A stretch of DNA of 64,000 nt from Octopus vulgaris (lineage: Eukaryota): contig OX597814.1 of NCBI GenBank assembly GCA_951406725.2, positions 93,062,001 through 93,126,000 on the forward strand. Reading direction: 5' to 3'. The position numbers and the translations under genes are program-made. Shown in pieces: positions 55,481 through 64,000 of the stretch (the first letter of the stretch is position 1; each line of letters begins with the position of its first letter). The notes below the pieces were generated by a model. It saw nothing but the letters and a program-made list of their open reading frames with translations, was not told the DNA's origin and searched no databases.

Positions 55481-55603
55481 CTCACAGTTGCAAAATAATG
55501 TGAGAAAATAGTATTTTATTGTAGCTGAAAAAGTAGGTGAACTCCCTCTGTGTGTGTGTGTGTCTCTCTCTCTCTCTCTCTGTCTCTATCTGTCTCTCTC
55601 TCA

Positions 55604-55707
<104 letters not shown>

Positions 55708-55895
55708 ATATATATTTATGTCTGAGAGTTTCGTGTGTTGGCACTTACATATATATATATTATAAATGCTGTTTTTTCTCTCCTTTTTTTCTCTCCTTGT
55801 TTTTTCTGTGTCTCTTTCTGCAGAAGAGCGTAGGCTCGAAACATAAAAGACTTTTTCTATTCCTGAGCGTTATACTAACTCTCCCTATAAACTCT

Positions 55896-55962
<67 letters not shown>

Positions 55963-55963
55963 C

Positions 55964-56052
<89 letters not shown>

Positions 56053-56127
56053 AATATATATTTCGGTGCGAATGAGTTTTTTATACGGCACCGAGTTTAC
56101 AATCTTGTAAATAATAATAATAATGGT

Positions 56128-56487
56128 ATTTTTATATAAGCTTAAAGCTTATGCCGATCACTGTGCAATGACTAAGGAAAATAGTCTAATAAAGGGGCAT
56201 ATAACCACTCGACAGATAAAAGAAGGCTTTGCTATCCGCGTGAGAGTCGAAACCACATCCCTTTGTTAACGCGACATAGCTCTTAAATTTTGACAGAAAT
56301 GGGGATGCTGATTCGCTGGTGTAAAGGTAACACACTTAGTCGCGTTAAAAAAAGGATGTAGTTTCAACTCCCTCGTGGATAGGAAAACCTTCTTTTTTTC
56401 TGTCGGGGGCTTATATGCCCCTTTATTAAACTATTTTCCTATGTCATTGCGCGGTGATCGCCATAAGCTGTAAGCTTATATAAAAAT
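56128..56487. mobile_element. Foldback MITE (~145-bp arms)
   Basis: 56128-56274 is the inverted partner of 56339-56487. Confidence 0.8.
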
Positions 56488-57144
56488 GTATTCTTCACAT
56501 TCAATCGATTTCTTATATCTGACTTTTTATACGAACTAACTAATGTATAATCCCAGTCCCTAAATGTTTTTGCTTTGTCCTTGTGATGTCCTCTCTATGT
56601 GAGCCATATATTGGCAATAAAGAAATTAGTGAACAGAGACCAACTAGAGTCATGGTCACAAGCAGGCAGCCACTAAAGACAAACGGCCAAAAGGAGAAAG
56701 AAGGTTACATCCAACCAACTATGAGACACAACATCCCTTGACTCCATAACCTTCTCTAGCTCAGTTTCTTTTCTCTTACAACATAATTCTATCATTATCT
56801 ATGGATCACTACTACGAGAACGTGTACACATATACCGGCCGAAACTGACTCTTTTTACCTCGTATGTTTTTCCATTCACTAATTATACAAACCAACCCGT
56901 CATGGTTTTGGATATATACAAAGTAACGGTAAATAAATATTTCTTTACAACTCTGTTCACTGTTCTTCTTCCATCTTGCACATCTGCAATAGCAACATCC
57001 GATACAATCGTAACTGCCGACTCCAACATATATCGTAATACAAACTGTTGCACTGGCAACCAACACCTTACAACAACCGTTAAGCTCAACAACCATTAAG
57101 ATCAGAAGCCATGAGAGCCACTGCCTGGTACTGCATGAGGGCAA

Positions 57145-57618
57145 GGTTGTATGGTGGACCCGTTTGAAAGGGCTAAGGTCAGACACTTTCCTCTTTGGCT
57201 CAGGCCTCATCAACTTTTTCAAGTTTCACTTGAAAAGGAAGATGAGAGTAGAGAGGGAAGTGCTGTCCAATAGCAAGTTTGCTGAAAGGTGGATAAATGT
57301 CGCAAGAATGGCTAGTATGAAAGGAGCCATTCTGAGGTTACACCTGTGATTTGAAAAGGTAATATAAAAGTAGAAAGGGGATCTCTACCCCCTTTTTGAC
57401 CAGGCTCCCGTTGGCTTTTATGGGTTTTTCCACCAGGAACCTTTCGAAGCGCCCCCCCCCCCATTGGGAGTTTTTCGTTGTTATAATTTTTGATTGTTAC
57501 ACTGTTTTTACACGTTTTTTTTACAAACGGACAAAACCCTTTGTAACCTTTAGTCCTGGTTTGTCCCCTTTATGTAATAATTGATTTTTGTCAGCCCTTG
57601 TGGCCAATAAAAGAATTA

Positions 57619-57625
<7 letters not shown>
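57145..57625 (+). mobile_element. 3' end of an L1/Tx1-like LINE
   Basis: VVWWTRLKG...FAERWINVAR...LHL* C-terminus, T-rich 3' UTR, AATAAA, then (ATT)n. Confidence 0.5.
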
Positions 57626-57687
<62 letters not shown>

Positions 57688-57959
57688 TGTTGTTGTTGTT
57701 GTTGCTGTTGTTGTTGCCGCGGCGGTTGTAGTAGTAGTAGTAAAAGTTATCTTTATATTCTGAATTATTATTTTAGTCAGAAGTTATTATTGAACCCTTT
57801 TGGGAATGTGTACTTTTATCTTGGGTGAAACAACAAGGTCATTTCTTTTTAAAAAATTTCCTGTAATTTTACCGTAAAAACGGCTTCTTTTTACTTGGTT
57901 TCCGGTTCTAAGAAAAATTACCCTGAGCAAAGAAGTTACAAAAAATATTAATGAACACA

Positions 57960-59050
57960 CGCAAATAAATGACAAAGAAAAAAAATATTTTCACAAAAAA
58001 TATAGCAATTAACACATCTGACATTTTCACAAAAGAAGTCAACCCGTTTGTCAAAGACGACGACAACAGAAACAGACACTTCGTCAAATGTAGCAAAAAA
58101 ACAACAAAATGCTATCGTACACACAACATTATTTTGAACCAGAAAAGACAAAATATGGAACATTTGTAGATGGGGATCTTTCCTCACCAACAAAGGAAGA
58201 GCTGGAGATTGCCCTAGCAGATAGGTTAAGTGAAATCTATTAAGACAAGGAGGTTGTATGGCATTATATCTGTCCTTGTCAAATCAGAAGACGAAGCTAA
58301 ACCAGAAGCCTAAATTGTCTGAGACATACCTGCCCATAAATTAGCATTACTAGCCCCACAATATTTGGGCAGGAGAATTACAAAGTTTAAAGTTAGGCTC
58401 ATTGGTAACGACGTCGACATCGGGTTCATAGTCACTTTCTTAAGTGGTCAGTGTTGATGTAACTTATAGAGAAACGTGGTCGGATGGGAGCTTCCATGGA
58501 CGCACAAGTCCTTACGACTTTGTCATACTACAAAATAGTACCAAAACTGTATCCTGTAGAAGATGCTGAAAGGAAAACATTAAAACTCAGTAACTAGGCA
58601 GAAAGCCTAGTTGCAAGACAAAGGTTTTTCCGCGCAGAAAGTCTAAAACAACAAAAACAACAAGAATGAAATATGGGGGTTGCTGTCTCTAAGGTGGTAC
58701 TGGGCACCAGTCGACAGGAACTGAGCCAGAAGACCCAGAAGTCCCGTTCTTCCAACCACAGCCATGAAAGAGAATGAGAGTTACTCACAGCAAGCAACAG
58801 TAAGAAATAAACGGCCGGGAAGCACTCCATCACAGCAATTCACATATAAAAATGAGAAACAGACGGTAGCTGAAAGGGGTAGGCAGATTATTCTTGTAAA
58901 CATTCGAAAAAAGCATTAAAAAGCGTGCAGAGAGGTACATTTCCAGTGAAGAGGAGACACTCTTCACCGAAGAACTCATCTTTGACAAGGAGCCCGTCTT
59001 CCATGAAAAAGAACTAGTCTGATCCCTAAAGAAATGGAATGAAATTCACA
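57960..59050 (+). pseudogene. Decayed LINE ORF1-like sequence, homologous to the element at the window end
   Basis: PQYLGRRITKFKVR (~58360) parallels PTYLGRRVAKIKI (~63225); many stops. Confidence 0.45.
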
Positions 59051-59303
59051 GTTTATCGCAAGACTAACGAGGCCCTGATAAGACACTTATACAAAAAAAA
59101 AAAAAAAGGCCAGATATTGAAGTATGGATGACCAGGAAGGAAGAGGGAGCACATTTCAAAAAGTATAAAAAGGAGAAAGTATAACTACAAATTTCCGAAA
59201 GATATTACAAAGTGTTATATGTTACCAATTCGAAAGAAGTGGGTTATTACTTGCCAGCTGCATTTCAAGAGCTTCTCACAAGATATCTTGAAATCACCAG
59301 TAA

Positions 59304-59686
59304 TCTATATATATAAAACTGAAGTTGTGTGAGTGTCTGTCTCCTACGATTTAGATTCCTAACTACTCCCACATTTTGCGGTGCAGTTTAACCAAAACCG
59401 GGTATCTTATAGTCGTGATTCATATCGAGCCCTTCTGGGTATTAGCGCGCGTCTACGATTAAAAAAAAAATTTACCATCATTTTTTTCCATTTTTAATGC
59501 ATTTTTTTGCTATTATATAAGGGAAGTAACTCTCTAAAAATGTCTACGATTTAAAAAAAAAATTACCATAATTTTTTTTCATTTTTAATGCATTTTTTTG
59601 CTATTATATAAGGGAAGTAACTCTCTAAAAATGCTTATATAGTTATTTCCCTTACAAACCCGATCAACGCCGGGCGATACTGCTAG
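59304..59686 (+). mobile_element. Non-autonomous Helitron
   Basis: A|TCTATATATATAAAA start; subterminal hairpin CCCG...CGGG then CTAG|T; no TSD; internal ~91-bp tandem duplication at 59451-59633. Confidence 0.85.
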
Positions 59687-60608
59687 TGAACAATATACAA
59701 GTAATTTTGATAGCTCGAGAGGAGTTAAACCGTCGCTAGGTATAACTGACAATTTGTTTCAGTTTATGACATTGATAATAGTTTTGTTACAAAATCAGTA
59801 ATTTTGGTGAGAGGTAATTAGTTAATTCTATCGATTCCATTATTAGACGAGTACTTTATTTTATTGACTCCAGTGGCAAAGTTGATAATAGCAGGATTTG
59901 AACTCAGAGCGTAAAGAGCCAGAAGATGTCCGCAAGGTCACCTTCTGACGCTTCTAACCATTCTGCCAATCCACCACTCTGATGCGAATAAGATATGATG
60001 ATATTTAAATGCTGTGTGACATCAAAGAGATTGATGATTATAATTTTTGTTGTTATTAGTTATGTTAAATCGATATTGCTTGATAAAAATATGCAAATAC
60101 TTCCTTATTCTAAATGCTTCCTAAATCGATCCATTTGTTGGGGGTTTTGGTCGCTCATTACATTGTGTAACACGATCTTTGTTCTTTGGTAACAACTGCT
60201 ATTTCCTATTTGTTTACTCCTGAAAAGTATAAAAAATGGCTAATATTTCCTACAAACTTTGCTTTTAAACGCCAAAGAATCCCTCTCAACACATGGCTAT
60301 AATGCTCCCCCACTACTCCTACTCATGATCGGAGATGCACATATTGTCAGACACAAAAGGTCATGCTCAAACGGTTAAGGCCAAGCAACTGACAAACAAA
60401 TTCTGTGGTTTTGAGCAGAATATTTGCTATAACGATATTTCTGCTTCAGCAACTCAACACTGAATCTGTCTGAATTGTAATGGAAAATAGGTCAGTTTCA
60501 AAACATTGACGTCCAGGTCACAAACGCAAAGTTTGAAGGGAATAGTAGTAATTTCCTTTGATTTCTAGACAGAAACAAATAGGAAATAACACTTACTGAC
60601 CAAAGACA

Positions 60609-60657
<49 letters not shown>

Positions 60658-61013
60658 GTGGGGGAGCATCATATCCATGTGTTGAGAGGGTTTCTTTGGG
60701 GTTTGAATAATTCACCTCTGGAGACATGGGTGGTTTTTTCAACATCCTTAAACAACCCTTATTCAGGGACCGTTTGAGCGGGATGGGCTACTCAACCTGA
60801 AGAAAATTCTAACTGGGTCCCACCTGCAAGGTCATGTGCAGTTTATCTTGATATGAGATCACCATGTCGCGCACATATGGTTGTGATGCATGTGCCTGGT
60901 GTGCCTTTATCAGACGGGTAGTCATGATGGGTATATTGGGCTTCGTATATTTTACCCCAGTGTCACTTTGATGGCATGAACTGCTCTCTCACTCAATAAT
61001 AATAATAATATTA
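60658..61013 (+). mobile_element. Retroposon 3' portion within (AAT)n
   Basis: Matches 32435-32770 inverted; (AAT)n on both flanks. Confidence 0.7.
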
Positions 61014-61299
61014 ATAAAACTAATTTTGTTACGGTCGTTCATTATTAGTAGTCCATCGTTTTAATATAGATTAAGAATGTAACATCATCTACAATAACAC
61101 CAGCTCATCTGTATTTTCATTAGTCATCAACAATTACCGTTATGAATCCTAGCCAGCATTTTCATCATTATTATCGTCGTTATTACATCTCTTTTAGAAT
61201 CATTACTGCCATCTCTGCTATTGCCAAAGATAACAGCGTCATTACTAAGCATCATCCTCCAGAGCCAACCATCATCGCCATGCCAATCGCTTCAGCAAT

Positions 61300-61740
61300 C
61301 GACCTCCCCTTCTCCTCCTTCATCACATCATCATCATCATTCTCCTCATCGGTAGTAGTAGTAGTAGTGGCAGTAGTAGCAGCAGCAGCAGAAGCTACAG
61401 CAGCAGTAACTCCCTGGACACCATCACTCCATCATTCTTTTTCTTTCCTCCCTAAATCCCTCCCTCTCTCCTCCTCCCCTCCACCCCTATTTCTTTCTCC
61501 TCATCTTCTTCTTCTTCCACCTCCACCTCCTCCCCCTTCTTCTTTTTCTTCTTCTTCCTCCTCCTCTCCCTCCTCCCCTTCTTCTTCCTCATCCTCCCCT
61601 TCTCCTCCCCTCCTCATCTTCCTCCTCCTCCATTCCCTCTCTTCCTTCCCTTCCTTCCCTTCCTCTCCCCTTTCCTCTACTCCCCCTCTTCTTCCCACCT
61701 TCCTCTCTTCTTCCCCTTCCTCCTCCTCCTCACCACCATC
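61300..61740. repeat. Low-complexity polypyrimidine/trinucleotide tract
   Basis: CCT/CTT-rich; directly visible. Confidence 0.9.
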
Positions 61741-61758
61741 AGCACTATGAACATTACC

Positions 61759-61992
61759 TATTTCTTTACTACCCACAAGGGGCTAAACACAGAGAGGACA
61801 AACAAGGACAGACAAACGGATTAAGTCGATTATATCGACCCCAGTGCGTAACTGGTACTTATTTAATCGACCCCGTAAGGATGAAAGGCAAAGTCAACCT
61901 CGGCGGAATGTGAACTCAGAACGTAGGGGCAGACGAAATACTGCTAAGCATTTCGCCCGGCGTGCTAACGATTCTGCCAGCTCGCCGCCTTG
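61759..61992 (-). mobile_element. SINE family B with a 17-bp flanking duplication
   Basis: GCACTATGAACATTACC (61742-61758) and GCACCATGAACATTACC (61993-62009). Confidence 0.85.
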
Positions 61993-62559
61993 GCACCATG
62001 AACATTACCGTCGTCACTCTCATTGCATTCTTGTCTACTATAGTAATCATCATCGTTAGCATCATCAACGTAGTCGTAATCTTTGTCGTCGTCATCATCG
62101 TCATGATTATTATTATTAGTTAACACGCCGGACAGAGTGCTTTGCGGTATTTCATCCGTCGCTACGTTCTGAGTTCACTTTGCCTTCTGAGTTCGACTGT
62201 GCCTTTCATCCTTTCGGGGGCGATAAAATAAGTACCAGTTGAGTACTGGTCAACGTATCATCGTCGTCGTCGTCGTCATCATCATTGTTATTATACAGGA
62301 TTCTGCTCGTGGATCTGAAAGAGGAAGGACGTGTGTTTGTGAGCTGTAAATTTTTGTTCAATTTTTACAGATGATATTGTTGTATCTGAAAATTTCATAC
62401 ATTTCCGTGACCAAGCTGACTGGGCTCTTGCTGAGCTGAGTGGTTAAGCGGGACTTTAGCCCTATTGGGCCGAATTTTCAATTTAAATTCTTCATTTATT
62501 CATTTTTCAATTTTAAAATTTGCAAAATGTCCTTGGCGAAGAGTATCGGCTCTTCCTTT

Positions 62560-63712
62560 CTTCGTGACTTCCCTCCTCTCCTGTTGGAAAGCAGCCAAAA
62601 AAGTTTAAAATTGTCTCCGTCCTCTCCGCGCCTTAAAAGGCAGAAAGAGATACGACCAAAGTCTTGCTAGGCAGTGCAACGCTGAGCAACAGAAGGAAAA
62701 AGAAGAAAAGAAAGGCAAGAAAGATGAGGAAAAGAGTAAGGAAATTCAGCTAATGAATGCTGCCAGTTTCGCAACACCTGTGAATCCAAACCCTCCTACT
62801 ACCACCACTAACACTAAAACATTGAACACTCAACAGCAGCACCAACAAGCCAATGCATTAAATAGCTAAGGATTTGCTTCAATGACAAAGCCTAGAAATG
62901 AATTCATTAATATTTCTGTAGAATCTCTCAAAGACGACAGAAACATGTTAAAAAGAAAAAGCAAAAGATGTGTTTCGATTAACACACCTCCAGATATTAT
63001 AGACAATGCAAACAAACGTACAATTATGTATAAAACTATCTCTTTAAAAATAGACGTTTACAAACTGCCACAAAACAAGCAGTTGAAAAATGCTATGCAA
63101 CTCATTTGGAATGACGTAACCTATCTCTCGAGGGGTAAGAAACATGGTACAATTGAAGTCAGATTTGCAACAAAAGACGTAGCAAAACAGCAGTCAACAG
63201 TCCTGCTGAGCTTGTCCTTGTTCCAACATACTTGGGACGGAGAGTCGCCAAGATAAAAATACTGGAGATACCACCAGAAATGAACGCTTGCTGGATTATC
63301 GCAGCCGTCCTCTTCGACTTGGAAGCTAAAATCAGAATCATCCAAGTCGAGAAACAAGGAAAGAAAACAACTGGACTGGTCAGGAACTGCAAATAATGGT
63401 CCAAATAAACCAAGACGTTTTTGAACAAATTCCTGACCAAATCAGCCTTCCAGACGGCACTATGCTGAACGTCACAGTTGAGAACAGAAGACCAAGATGT
63501 TATCAATGCGAACAGAATAACCACCTGAAAGCCTTCTGCTCACAACTAAAACGGAAAGAGGGCACTACCCCCCTGATACAAGCACCACCTACACCACAAC
63601 TGAAGCAACCCCAACAAAAGCAACCCCCACAAAAGAAGAAACCCCACGAAAAGAAAGCAGAGAGGGCTCCAGCAAAAGCACCACCACCACCACCACCACC
63701 ACCACCACCACC

Positions 63713-63760
<48 letters not shown>

Positions 63761-64000
63761 TACACGAGAGACAATAATACCAACAACAATAGAGGCGTTG
63801 ACCACAACCACCACCACAGCGCCTACAAAAACATCAACGCAGCTCTTGCCAGAGGAACAAAATGCATCATCAAATTTCGACCCACTGGAACGACCCCTTC
63901 CCGACTCTGACCACTCAGACATGTCGTGCAGAAAGGCCAACAGAATTGAGTGGACAGAAGTCACACGTAAAAGACTAAGAAAAAGGCACAACAGTACACC
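62560..64000 (+). mobile_element. Decayed L1/Tx1-like ORF1 (gag-like) region, running off the window end
   Basis: CCHC zinc knuckle CYQCEQNNHLKAFC at 63498-63539 preceded by VTVENRRPR; frameshifts and stops; Pro/Thr-rich tail. Confidence 0.65.

Noticed and set aside
61142-61776. Ser/Pro-rich and Glu/Gly-rich ORFs
   Set aside because: They come from a low-complexity polypyrimidine tract.

Overview
AT-rich, microsatellite-dense eukaryotic DNA. The SINE families and repeat landscape suggest an octopus or other coleoid cephalopod (inference). One host gene is visible: five 3' coding exons (+ strand, 3321-16642) of an AAAP/Aa_trans amino-acid transporter (SLC36/AVT3-like), whose 5' exons lie upstream of the window. 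The rest is intron or intergenic DNA containing five mariner copies or fragments (one nearly intact), CR1/L2- and L1/Tx1-like LINE remnants, Penelope-like remnants, tRNA-derived SINEs, hAT/piggyBac/Helitron non-autonomous elements and foldback hairpins. The most interesting unannotated signal is a set of hammerhead-ribozyme motifs in several different repeat families. One is essentially complete (44714-44802, minus strand), one is near-complete (35538-35598, minus), and two sit in ~330-350 bp tandem units resembling retrozymes or Penelope terminal repeats. An unexplained 300-600 bp element also occurs three times. All calls were made by eye; no searches or folding were run.
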